This document shows positions 39,861 through 51,485 of a stretch of 64,000 nucleotides of DNA, one piece after another; the stretch's first letter is position 1, and the number at the start of each line of letters is the position of its first letter. Position numbers and translations under genes: made by a program. Under the pieces are notes generated by a model, which did not search any database, was not told the origin of the DNA, and worked only from the letters and a program-made list of their open reading frames with translations. The DNA is from Lytechinus pictus (lineage: Eukaryota), in NCBI RefSeq assembly GCF_037042905.1, contig NC_087256.1:16244001-16308000 (forward strand), in the 5' to 3' direction.

Positions 39861-40512
39861 AACCTTGAACATTAATTCTTTTACCTGCTCATATCACGTG
39901 GGACTAAAGACATGGACAAGGATGATCGTAATGACATGGAACCTTAATTGGAAAGCTCTACATGAAATAATACTCGTAATCAGGGCATACCCTAAATAAT
40001 ATGATTCATGCTTCTACATGAGAAAAATATGAATATAAGGATGATCTTAAATCCAAAGGCACTAAAGAAGATCACCAAACAATCATGAACATCCTTCTTA
40101 CATCACCCAGAGTGGAATTGTAATCTGCTTCATATACATGTATGAAATCCATGTTTATTTAATTTCTAACAGAAAAAAAAAAATGCTACAACATTGCATA
40201 TAATAACTAATCATATTCAGTATCTTGTCACAAGTAAGAATAAAATATCATACATTATCAATATCCCTGGAAATGGAGGGATAAAGGCAAATGTTTGTTG
40301 GAGTTTAATGAAACCTAAAAAATAAAATTGTTGTAGTCTGTATTTGCCTACAAAGACCATGAAAGCACAAAATGGTATTAACAGAACATCAGCTTTCAAA
40401 GGTACCCAAACTTTTCAAATATACTTCCTAAGTGATTCAAGTATTTTTCCCTTGCTTTAAGAGTAAATTAAATTTTCAAAGTAGCAAGTGAGTTTCAAAT
40501 ACGAGACTCTAA

Positions 40513-41563
40513 AGCCCCTTTTACACCTTCAAGGGTGCAACATGGATCATCACAGAACTCAGTCCGTGGTGATCCTGGGTGCCAAATTAATATTTTTCTA
40601 GCAATGCCGGAGTGAATACAGATTGAACTGGGTATTTACATAAATATGTACAGTACAAAAAAGTGTGGTTTCTACAAGGATAGAGAAGGTAGTCCTAGAG
40701 ATCTGCTTGATAAGCTACCGGGAGTCGACACGGAATACACAATAATATGTCCATTTATATAGCGCAGTTACTATGTGCATATACTCAACTGCGCTTTGAT
40801 ACTTGGTATCATATTATTACCCCGGCTGTAGCTGAGCCGCCATATTAATAGGCGCTATTGCGCTCAAGGAATAAATCCTACCGGGTACCCATTCACCCTA
40901 CCTGGGTCGAGTGCAGCACAATGTGGATAAATATCTTGCCGAAGGAAGTTACGCCATGGCTGGGATTCGAACCCACAACCCTCTGTTTCAAAGTCAGGAG
41001 ACTAATCCACTGGGCCACAATGCTCAACAAACAATACATGGATTTTACCGTGTCCTTGCACAGATCTTCACGTTGGTTTACGTTCTCTACTGGGATATCT
41101 CTACTGCATTTGAAGTTTTTTCCTCTTTTCAACGTCTGAAGCACACGCTTGGATGGCCACGAACATGAACTACTACTGTTCATGTACGCAAACAATGGAA
41201 AATTTTTGACACAGGATATAGCCGGTGTTAACAAGGACCTACCGGTTCTTACACGGAGCCTCTCAGATGCATTCGGTAGCTACAAGGATGTACAAGGTGG
41301 CTACAAGGATGAACAAGGATGAATATTTGTCCATGTAATCTGGGGGCCAATGTGACAATGTGTAAATGATCAATAAGTACATCCAGGGACCAAATGATCA
41401 ATATGTACATCTGGAGGCTAATCTATCGAACTTGCCGGTACATCAAGAATAGCACCAGACGAGTAGCCGGTATGAACACGTTAATCCCGGACTGTACACG
41501 GTCGACCCCGGATTGACAATCCAGGTCGCTCCGTGTTGCATCCGTGAAGGTGCAAAAGGGACT
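40513..41563. mobile_element. Harbinger-like non-autonomous element containing a nested SINE
   Basis: About 33-bp imperfect TIR agccccttttacaccttcaagggtgcaacatgga / tccgtgttgcatccgtgaaggtgcaaaagggact. Confidence 0.8.
40741..41024 (-). mobile_element. tRNA-derived SINE, tail type B, nested
   Basis: Minus strand: gagcattgtggcccagtggattag...gggttcgaatcccagcc, the central block, and a tail identical in type to 22997. Confidence 0.9.
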
Positions 41564-41832
41564 TACTATTTAAAATGTAGTAATATGAACGAGACACTTG
41601 GTTTGCTAATCAAACACAACACTCATAAAAATCTAAGCAGATTCAAGGTATTGATAAGAAATGTTATCCAGGTGGAAAATGTGATATCAAAGTTTATTTA
41701 CATATCAATTAAATTTGCAATAAGCTGAGTAACTCTTTCCCTTTCAAACAATGTTCAAGTACATTATACACATCTCGATCTACATCATTTATCTGGATCA
41801 GAGACAAGGAGCATCAAATAACACAGAATTAA

Positions 41833-42445
41833 AGGGGAGCCCCAGGTGGAAAAAAAACTTGGACTTGAACAACTAAAGCAAAATCAGACAAACAAAACAC
41901 TAAAATTTTCATCAAAATAAGACAAAGAATAACAAAGTTATGATATTTTACAGTTGTGCATTATTTTGCTGAAACAGTTCTTTGCATGACTGTGTTCATG
42001 AATATGCACCGAGCAAGCTGATGATGTCATATCCCAACTTATTATTTTTCATTTTATCATATTGAATTATATTAATTCAAAAAATTACAGGAATGTAAAA
42101 ATAATGGATTGACTTCTGATTTAATGTGTAAGATAAATATTGTTGCAACTTATTTCGTTACAAGGAGACATACACACATGTATGAAAATATGAAATAAAT
42201 ATGATTTTATTTCATGTAATAACATAATAAAAAGGAAAATGGGGACAAGACATCATCAGCCTACCTACAGGTATCACATATTCATGACCGCATGCATATA
42301 TCTGTTTTCACAAAATATTGATGAATTTTTAAAAATTCTATAACTTTATCTATTATCAGATTTTGATAAATTTTTCAATGTTTTGCTCAGTGAATTTTAA
42401 TTTATTTATTCAGATAAAATTATTTATAGCTCAGGGGGTACCCCT
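41833..42445. mobile_element. TTAA-target MITE (Kolobok-like, related subfamily)
   Basis: TTAA|AGGGG ... CCCCT|TTAA; the internal ttttcatcaaaat...aaagttatga block is shared with family B. Confidence 0.8.
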
Positions 42446-42937
42446 TTAATTTGTCTAATCCAGCTTTCGTTTTGGACAGCAAAAGTAAAGATATAGCACG
42501 AGTGACTCACGTAAAGACAGATGAATCTTTGACTTTATAGATACTGATTAGAACGTCAGTTTTACTGGGAATTTGGGAGAATTAGACAAAATGGGGGAAG
42601 CGAGTCGGTTCCGGACCTGGCTTTTTGCTATTCCCCTTGGAGAAAACACCATTAGGCGATTGTTAAGAGGTGCCACCTTATACCGTACCTTTAAATGAAG
42701 TAATGGCTTTGGGTTTGATTTTTAACGAAACCAGAGGAATAAAAGAAAAGCATAGACAGTGGTAACTCATGAATCCATTACTGGTCTTGTTTAATTACAA
42801 CCTTTCAGGATATTGGTTACATACAAGTGTAGAACACCGTTTGCTCAAAATGCAATAATTCTGGTAAAGTATTGTTTAACAAAGTCCTTGCTCTTACAGG
42901 TACCAGAAAATACTTGGAAAAACTTTCAAGAAGTGAG

Positions 42938-43187
42938 CAGGGGTGTAAGTTGCCTAGAAAGTACATCCCCCCCCCAAAAAAAAAAAAAAAAAAAAAAAAA
43001 ATTATAAGGTAAAAAATAAAAATGAATTCTCTTGCTTGAAGAAATCATATATCATGCAGATTTCTCCTGGGTATTATTAAGAGGGTATGTGTTTTAGGGA
43101 GGGTTGTTTGTACGAATTTGATTGCACCCCCATTAAAAAAAGAACCCAAGTGCCCCCATACAAAAAAAAATCCTAGCTAAGCCAGTG
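42938..43187. mobile_element. Degraded hAT-like MITE
   Basis: caggggtgtaag ... ctagctaagccagtg; partial TSD gaagtgag/atggtgag. Confidence 0.4.
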
Positions 43188-44051
43188 ATGGTGAGAGGTG
43201 TGAATATCTCCCTAAATTTAATTGAAACATTACTGATTTGCTACAGATTAATATTGATTCAATCTTTTCGTTCTTTGTTCAAAAAGGGAAATTTTAACAG
43301 AGTATAGGAGTATAATTTCTTTAACAAATTATTGAAGTTATCAGGCTGATAAAATAGATCAGAGATTGACCTGCTGGGTAATCTTCTGAGAATAAATTAC
43401 TGCCAACTGTAGAGTATCCATTAACGATAGGCCTACTTTTGATTACTGCCAATGTATTACGCGTAAAACAAGTGACATTTGCTGATACGCCCCCACCTAC
43501 TTCATGCAATCAAGGAGGGCTAGTCATTTCTTTGTCTGTTCCGTCTCATCTCATTACCGATTCATCTCCAAAAACCCGACTTCCCAAATGAGTTTTAAGA
43601 TGGAAGCCCCCTTCTATGAAGTTCTCATTTCTTGTGATTATTAGATGAACGAAAAAAATGTACCCTGTTTAACCTTTGTAACCACCTGTTGAAAGCGAGA
43701 TGGATCGCCTGGGAAGGGGGTCTGGACACGGGATGTAACATGTAGGTATTTCAAATTAATTCAGAATGTTCGTGTACATTGGACTTGAGCCGCAACTCGC
43801 CAAAAATATGTAGACCACTTACGGGGTATCATTGCATAAGCTTCTTAGAGGATGGAGGAAGTGAAATGGGGGGGAGGGAGAAAGAAGAAGGTAGGTACTG
43901 TATATGGTATTGAGGAGGAGAATATGGAAGGAGGAAAGAAGGAGAGGTAAAGTAGTCGAGAAGGATAAGAGGAAAGAGAAAGTGAGAGAAAATAAACACA
44001 TGAACGAGAGAATAGAGATTGGGGAGAGACAGGAAGAAAAAAAAACACTTA

Positions 44052-44581
44052 TACCCTTTTTACACACGCTAAAATTTCCTTAACCCCGTACTATAGGTGG
44101 GGCTAAATTGCCATTTAGCCCCACCTATAGTACGGGGTTAAGCTTAGCCCACTTTCTTTTTACACAGCATTTTTGCAAAGTGGGCTAACCCCACCTTTAG
44201 TACGGGATTATTTGGCCCTGCAAAAAAGCAGGGTTATCCCAGCAATTGCGGTGCTAAGAGCAATAGTACAGGGTTAAGATCGCTAGTGTAAAACGAAAGT
44301 GGGCTAAGCTTAACCCCGTACTATAGGTGGGGCTAAATGGCAATTCAGCCCCACCTATAGTACGGGGTTAAGGAAATTTTAGCGTGTGTAAAAAGGTACG
44401 AGTGAATGAGCTACCACTAGTCCGGGGTTAGCGAGTTTCGTGTGTGAAAGCAAGCATTCCTTATCCGGGGTTAGCAATAACAATTTGACATGTGTGAAAA
44501 GGAAAAAAAATAGTACGGGGTTAAGGATAGTACGGGGTTAGCGATAGTCCGGGGCTAAGAAAATCCAGTGTAAAAAGGGTA
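44052..44581. mobile_element. Harbinger-like MITE with nested hairpins
   Basis: TIR taccctttttacac / gtgtaaaaagggta; TSD TTA; related to the 39226 family. Confidence 0.9.
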
Positions 44582-44920
44582 TTAGAATTCAATTCCCTGG
44601 TGAGGGGGTGCACCTCAATTATAAACTGGAAACATTCAAATATCATCCCTCATTTAAAATCATCCACTAACCAACTTCAAAATGGCAAATGCTTTTAAGG
44701 GGGCATCCTCGGATTATTGGTAATGATCAAATCTCCAATTTCCTACCATTTTTAAAGGGGAAATCCTGAAAATTGACATACGGCTTAATTCCACCCCCAT
44801 ACACATGATATAGCATTACTGATAGAGAACAATCACAAAAGTTCAATGCTGCTTTATACAATCCTATGCAGGACAGCATGTATACAATCATACAGACTAA
44901 CAGCTCTAGTGTCTGCTATA

Positions 44921-46259
44921 CAGTGCGTCCCAGAAAAAGGAAACCATGATTCAGTGTACATTGTTTCTATCATGATCATAAATTTGCTTCATGAAATGTA
45001 CATGAATGGAGAGATATACTTCTCTTCTTTCATTTGAGACCCAGCTCAACGTTCATAATGCACGCATGACTGAGTTAGAATAATGAAAAGCGGTGGAACC
45101 AAATTTCCATTTGCACGAGCAAATTATGATTTTGAGTAAAATATCTTGAATATCTATCTTTTCCTCCTTCATATGAGACCTTTAATATGCGTAAAATATG
45201 AATGACACATGGTTGAGACAAAGTTGCATGAAAACATGCTTGATTTCTAAATAAAGAGGCTTTAAAAGGAGGAAATTATGAATTGTAAAAAAAAAATCTG
45301 CATTACTCCTGTGTTTAAGATCAAATGCTTGGTCTGTAATGAAAATCATAAGTCAGAATAATGCTTGATTTCTACCTATTCGACGATTGTTGAAAAGCAA
45401 CCACTTCGTTTTCCCCCAAACACAGCAGCAGATAATTGGCTGTTCGGGCCAGGGAAGGAAAGCCCTTTATTGTTGTGGACTGGAGTCTATGGCTATGAGA
45501 ATGCAATGTTACAATGGTAATAATTTTGATATTAAAGTTCAAATTTCTCTCAGTCGTTTCATTCGTCGCTACGTTTTGCAGGGGCGGCAGAATACGTTTG
45601 AAGGGGCGAGGCGCAGCAGCAAAGGGGTACATCATTTTTTACAATTGAAGGGGGGAAAGCCATCATTTTCTTGTTTTTCTTTAAGTGGGTCACCCCCCCC
45701 CCCCCCATTCAATATTCCAACGCCCCTGCCTTGTCTCATCATTTCAAGCAACTTTTTTTACAAGTTTTACAAAAAGAATTCAAACATAATATTCAGGGCA
45801 ATCATATCACGCTCACTGCGCATTCACCGGTATCCCATTGTCTGCTGCTTTGTTGGAAATACTCATTTTTAATTGATCTGTCTAATAGGTGGAAATCAAG
45901 CATGTTTTCATGCAACCTTTTCTCGACAATGCGTCAATCATATTTTATGCATGAAGTCTCATATACGAAAGATGAAAAAATTAATATCAAAGTTATGAAC
46001 TTTGTATTCCGAAAACATAGCATTAAAAGCCAGAAAAACTCGTTCAAATTTGTAATTCGCTCGTGCAAATGGAAATTTGCTAGCGCCACTTTCAATTGTT
46101 CTAACTCAGTCATGCGTGCATTATGAACATTGAGATGGGCTTCAAATGAAAGATGGGAAGTATATCTTTCCATTGATGTACATCTCATGAAGTAAATTTA
46201 TAATTATGATGGTAAAAGATTACGCTGAATTCCGGTTTCCTTTTTTCTGGGATGCACTA
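44921..46259. mobile_element. Tc1/mariner-like non-autonomous element with long (about 300 bp) imperfect TIRs
   Basis: TA|CAGTGCGTCCCAGAAAAA ... TTTTTCTGGGATGCACTA|TA; arms complementary (e.g. gcacgcatgactgagttagaa / ttctaactcagtcatgcgtgc). No transposase ORF. Confidence 0.88.
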
Positions 46260-46609
46260 TATACAAGTATATAAGGATTATATATATATATATATATGAA
46301 GGTCAGTGACATGGTTTGGATGGATGTGTCGATTAAAATAGAATATTTCTTATCACTAGCGATTTATCTTAATTTCCAGCCTGCTATAATCCCAAGCCCT
46401 TCATACAGTCATGATCAAACATGATGATGAGCAATTATTTATAATAATAACTACATCGACAGGTATCATCCACAGAGATGATGATTATCAAAGCAAAGTA
46501 TTACATGCTCTGGTTTACAAAAAAGAGGGGGTGGACAGAGGGAGTTAATTACTTAACCGTCCTCCAAAAGAGGATCGATGGAGAGCTTTTGCTTAAAACA
46601 CGCTATTAA

Positions 46610-46987
46610 AGGTATTGTTTTACTTTGCGAGCAGCCGATTTAAAAAATTCTCAAACCAAGATGAAACATGTGTACAAGTGCATGTATTGGAACTAATAAA
46701 CCCTGAAAACAACCATTATTGAGAATGAAAAGCTAAAACTACAAGGCAAACCCCGATTTTGTAAATAGGCATCTTATAGACGCCTAAATAGTACACATAA
46801 GTGTATGGGATGAAATTAAGATGGTGTTTTCGGTCACTTTATATTTCAATTTTTGAAGCACTAAATAATTATTTTCGAATGCAATTTTTTCTGGGCTTCA
46901 TTTTTGTAACATATCACAGACACAGGTGTCAAGTGTGACCTTCTAGCTCAGATTTTTTTAAAGTCAAACCAATGTTAACCAATCACT
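46610..46987. mobile_element. TTAA-target MITE
   Basis: TTAA|AGGTATTGTT ... AACCAATCACT|TTAA, short imperfect TIR. Confidence 0.65.
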
Positions 46988-47124
46988 TTAAGCCTAAGGA
47001 CAGAGTTATCTCTGTATAGACACAAGAACATCATGGAAAAGATGCGAAATAGCAGGCGACACATGCTTGCTCCATCTCTACACGTCTTCACGCCATCGTC
47101 GTGGTAAAGGTCACCTGTGTTTAA

Positions 47125-47519
47125 AGAGAAATTCCAGTAGTTGCAGTAAACACTGATTTCATGAGAAAGTCTGTAAAACAAGGCTTAATTGTCAGTATAT
47201 CATCGAGGATCTAGACCTGTTACAGTTACATAAACTGAACTTCGTGAAATCTTGAAATCTACGCTGAAAAATGTTCAGACTGAAGCTCCCTAACACAGAT
47301 AAGCGCACGTGGGACAGTGTATAATTATTGCTTTGAATGTCGTGCCCGACGCTCTACCCGAATCCTGTGCTTATTTGCCGATTTCTCAGCAATTACACAA
47401 TTTCTTCCAGAATCCTTTGGCACTTACGTTTTATTTATACAAACGGACACTTTGGTGGTCATTTCATTGGATTCTGTACGAACTCATTTTGATATCGTTA
47501 CAAAAACTAGCATTTACCT
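47125..47519. mobile_element. TTAA-target MITE
   Basis: TTAA|AGAGAAATTCCAGT ... ACTAGCATTTACCT|TTAA. Confidence 0.7.
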
Positions 47520-48631
47520 TTAAGTCACCGAAAGCCTAGTTTTCATGGCTCTGATTTCCCCCACCCCCATTCATGAAAATGTATGTGTTGAAGCAAAAGG
47601 CAAAACTATTAGCAATCCCAACTTGGAGTCATGTTGCTCAAATTGCAAGAAGATTCATGAAGAAGAAATCATATATTATGAATTCATAGCTAAATAAAAC
47701 TGAAACATTATACTCTTCCACTCCCACATGTCTCTAAAGATGTTTAACTATCAACCTCGTTTTAGATTTTGTTTTCTCTTCAAAGGGAAAATTATTTCCC
47801 CCATTACCCACACTTTAAATATTTAAGAAAAGAGATAAGAATTGAATTTTTAAAGGAAATGAGTCCATAAATACATATCAAATGAATGATATTGCATCTT
47901 TAGAAAAAAATACAATAAATTATTCATAACATCATCAAAATTTTAAATTCAACCAATGATCTTGTTTATTTATTCAATTATTCATTAATTTAACAGTGAC
48001 AGTTTAGCCAGGATGAGACGAGAGCTTGTTAATGCTCTGGTGCAATCTCTAACTTGTTCAAAGAATAATCAATCACATCCGAAAATATTCACTAGGTTTG
48101 TAGTCTGCACATTTGCAACATGGTTTGTTTCCTTTTCTTTCCCTTTCTTACATTCCATTTTCAATCTGTATATTTCTGTTTTAGCAGTAAAATAGTTGAG
48201 TAAGAGACAGTGAGATATGAAATAAGAGTAATTGTAAATCTAACAAATATGGACAATATTGAAGTCAAACACCTAAGATGGTTTCCAGAGGTCTTTTTCT
48301 CTGGAAGAATTCAGATTTTTCTATTCAGGAAGCATCAAAACTGTTTTTTTTTTCTCTCGTATTTTCCTCTTGTCAAATGACTGGACCATGAGTTTGACCT
48401 TCATGGTCTATTTTCTATTTCCTTCATTATTCCCACTTTCCTTCCTCTTGGAAGTGAAGACAAAGAAGAAACATAATGCATTAATTGTGATTTCATTCAT
48501 GATTCACGATCAGCTTCTGATATCTTTCCTTGACCACCCCTCATAACAGTTCAATAGCATGCACTTACAATGTAAGCCACATATTGAAAAATAAATGACA
48601 CAAAAGCACTTGTGATTATTGATAATATGTA

Positions 48632-48830
48632 CACTGTAAATTCCAAGGATTTGAAATAAATCCAGATTATCTGTAAATAGTGACCAGCCGAATATTAGAT
48701 TTAGTTTTAAACTTTATAGATTTTAAAATAAATCTAAAAGATTTGAATTTAAATCTCTTGAGATTTGAAAGTTAATCCTAAAGATTTGAATTTGGATTTA
48801 TTTCAAATCTTTGGAATTGAGAGCATAACT
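48632..48830. mobile_element. CACTG-ended element remnant with agattt(a/g)aa subrepeats
   Basis: Starts cactgtaaa; repeated gatttgaa/taaatc motifs; right end not seen. Confidence 0.4.
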
Positions 48831-50311
48831 GTACTTGAATAATTCAATTTAAAAGAGATTAGTTTTTGAATTGTATTGTAAACACCAAGAAATAAAATTT
48901 GCTACCAGTAATTCTGTGAAGAAACCCTTTCAATGAATCAGGCTGAAAGTGAATAGTGGAGCTTCGATTTGTACGCACCTAACAAAAATGACCTTTGAGT
49001 TTTGCAAGAAATTTTAGCACTGATTTAAGTAGCACTGCTCCATTTCATTTCACACCTGAACCTGACCCGGTCCAGGCCTGGTGCTCATAAAAGCAGTGCT
49101 AAATAGTGCAGACTATTTTGGCCCAACCCTTTAAACAATTCAATAATTTTACCATTAGGTCATCATGTGGCAGGTATCCTTATATGTGTTCATACTCTCT
49201 AGATAGAAACCTATATAGGCGATTCTTCATCAGCCCAAGCTTGCTCAATCTCAAGTTAGTTTGTAGCCTGATAAACCAAGTTCAAGATGGGGGTTCAAGA
49301 TTGATTTTAAAAATTCAACGCCTTCTCGATCAGTCAGTCCAAGTGGGAGAATTCACACTTGAATGTGGAATATGTCCTTAGATTATGAAGCATGCACACT
49401 TTTAGCTCCTAGTTCAAATCATAGACCCTACCTCTGTGTGATGTTATGTACTATCAATTAATTATCTTGAGCCAAAACCCCAAGTGTCTTCATTTACAAA
49501 TTAGCTGGACATTTCAACAAAGAACATAATTTTTGCGTATAGGCCCTAAACATAGTTGAAACAGGATTGTTACTGAGAAAGGGAGACCATGAAATATGTT
49601 CACTACTTACACCTCCGTTACAAATAAACTCTAGCTAGTTCAGGGGGATCAAATACAGCATTTATATTAGAAACTGGGCTGATGAAGATCGGTCTAGGGA
49701 GATGGTACACCTTCTCATTCTAATCCTTATCACTACACTAACAAAAGACAACAAAGCAATCTCCTGATAAAATAATCAGTCAGGCTAATTTCGTGCATAT
49801 TTTTGTACAGAGGAAGCTGTCAAAATGACCACTTCCACAACCGGTGGTATCACCGCCACGAGCACCACCCACGAATCAAACCGGTCCAGTCCACAGACTG
49901 TTCTGAAAATAATTATCCGGCCTTCGACCACTTGCCACTTGACGAAAGAAGTGACCTTGAGACTGCAGACTCAGAAATAAATGCTTATTGACTGATCATA
50001 TCCTCATCTTTTTCAATGGGTCTTAAAAGGAACGAGCAGGCAGTCGGAAACAACAAAGGAATTGGATATAGTTTAGCACAATTATATTTCAAAATATATC
50101 AACTGTACATCAAACATATCTCATACATTACTGAAGTGGGGTTTTATTATGATTTCCCCGTGCAAAATTGGACATATATACTTTAGTTTTATTTTTTTAA
50201 TTTATGACATTCAATTTCAAAGTCAAGGCCCAATTGTTTATATAATGTAGTGTAATATCTCACTATATCACTCTGAGACTGTGATGTCTATCCTAATATT
50301 AAAAAATCAAT

Positions 50312-50789
50312 AGGTGGTTTCAAACCGCCTCGATCACAAGAATCCCCGTTAAATTACGAGAACTTTTTCAGGCTGAAAAATACCCATTAATTATTCCTGC
50401 ATTCACACCGCCCTGAAACATACCCTTCGGGATAAGTTCCTGAAGTTACGAGCATGCGCAGTATGGTCTGATAAGCAGCAAGGCGCGAAATTCAAAATCA
50501 CTAGCCCAGCAGCAACCCATGCACGGCGCCGCGCCCAACGACACGCTGGGCTAAAAGTTCCCGTAATTTGCTTTCAGACCGCCAAAATACCCACGACCTT
50601 GGAAAAATCCCCGCGAAAGTTCTCGTAATTTCGCCAAGTACCTACTATTTATCGGGTATTTTCTTTCGGGGATATTACGCGTAGTTTGCTTTCACACCGC
50701 CAAAATACCTGGTATTTTCTGATCGGGGTAAATTTCCCGATCAGAGAATACCTGGAACTGGCGAACTTCGAGGCGGTCTGAAACCACCT
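50312..50789 (-). mobile_element. Harbinger-like MITE, copy 2 (inverted relative to 34194)
   Basis: Reverse complement of 34194-34669 at high identity; TSD AAT. Confidence 0.92.
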
Positions 50790-51070
50790 AATGGGATTGG
50801 CAGGTTTATGGGGGGGGGGGGGTAAGAAAAAATTGTATATTTCTGTGGTTCAATCTGCATTAATCAATTGTACCCCCCCCCCCTTATTGGTCTGCAATTT
50901 TAACTTTTGCTTTAGGGATAATGGCACAGTCATACCATTGGAACTAAATCCAAACTCACCAACTGTTTGCCATATTACACAATGTAAGAGCTTAGATCAG
51001 TCTGGAGTCGGTTTCATAAGTGTGACAATGGCAGAGCTGAAGGCCAGAAGCTGATACACAAAGCACATGA

Positions 51071-51485
51071 CATGTTTAGCCCATACGGGCTATTTTCTTT
51101 TTAAATTTGACTCTGTGTGTGAGTGTAAGTGCCCCCCTGCTCTGTGTGTAAGTGTAAGTGCCCCCCCCCCCCTATATGCCAGAGCCCTTTGGAAAATCCA
51201 TAAAACATGTTTAGCCTATGCGGGCATTTTTTAAATATGACTCTGTGAGTGTTGAGTGCCCGCCCTATATGCCACAGCCCCTCGGTCAATCCATATGGAC
51301 AATTACTTTTTATATACAACTCTGTGTGTGTGTTGAGTGCCCCTCCCCCTATATGCCAGAGCCCCTTGGAAAATCTAGAAGACATGTTTATCATATATCA
51401 GCAATTTTTTTCAAATACGACTCTGAGTGTGAGTGTTAAGTGCCCCCCCCCCCCCCACATATGCCAGTGCCTCTTGGTAAATCCC
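51071..51485. repeat. Degenerate tandem repeat, about 4 units of 80-135 bp
   Basis: Recurring actctg(tg)n...agtg(c)n-tatatgcca(g/c)agccc...aatcc. Confidence 0.8.

Noticed and set aside
42898-42953. AG/GT-bounded phase 1-0 minus-strand segment (NLHPCSLLESFSKYFLVP)
   Set aside because: No PLDTY motif, overlaps a MITE end, and its phase does not fit after exon 3.
45372-46188. 151-161-aa ORFs inside the Tc1/mariner-like element as a transposase
   Set aside because: No DDE/D or HTH motif; low-complexity composition; partly within the TIR.
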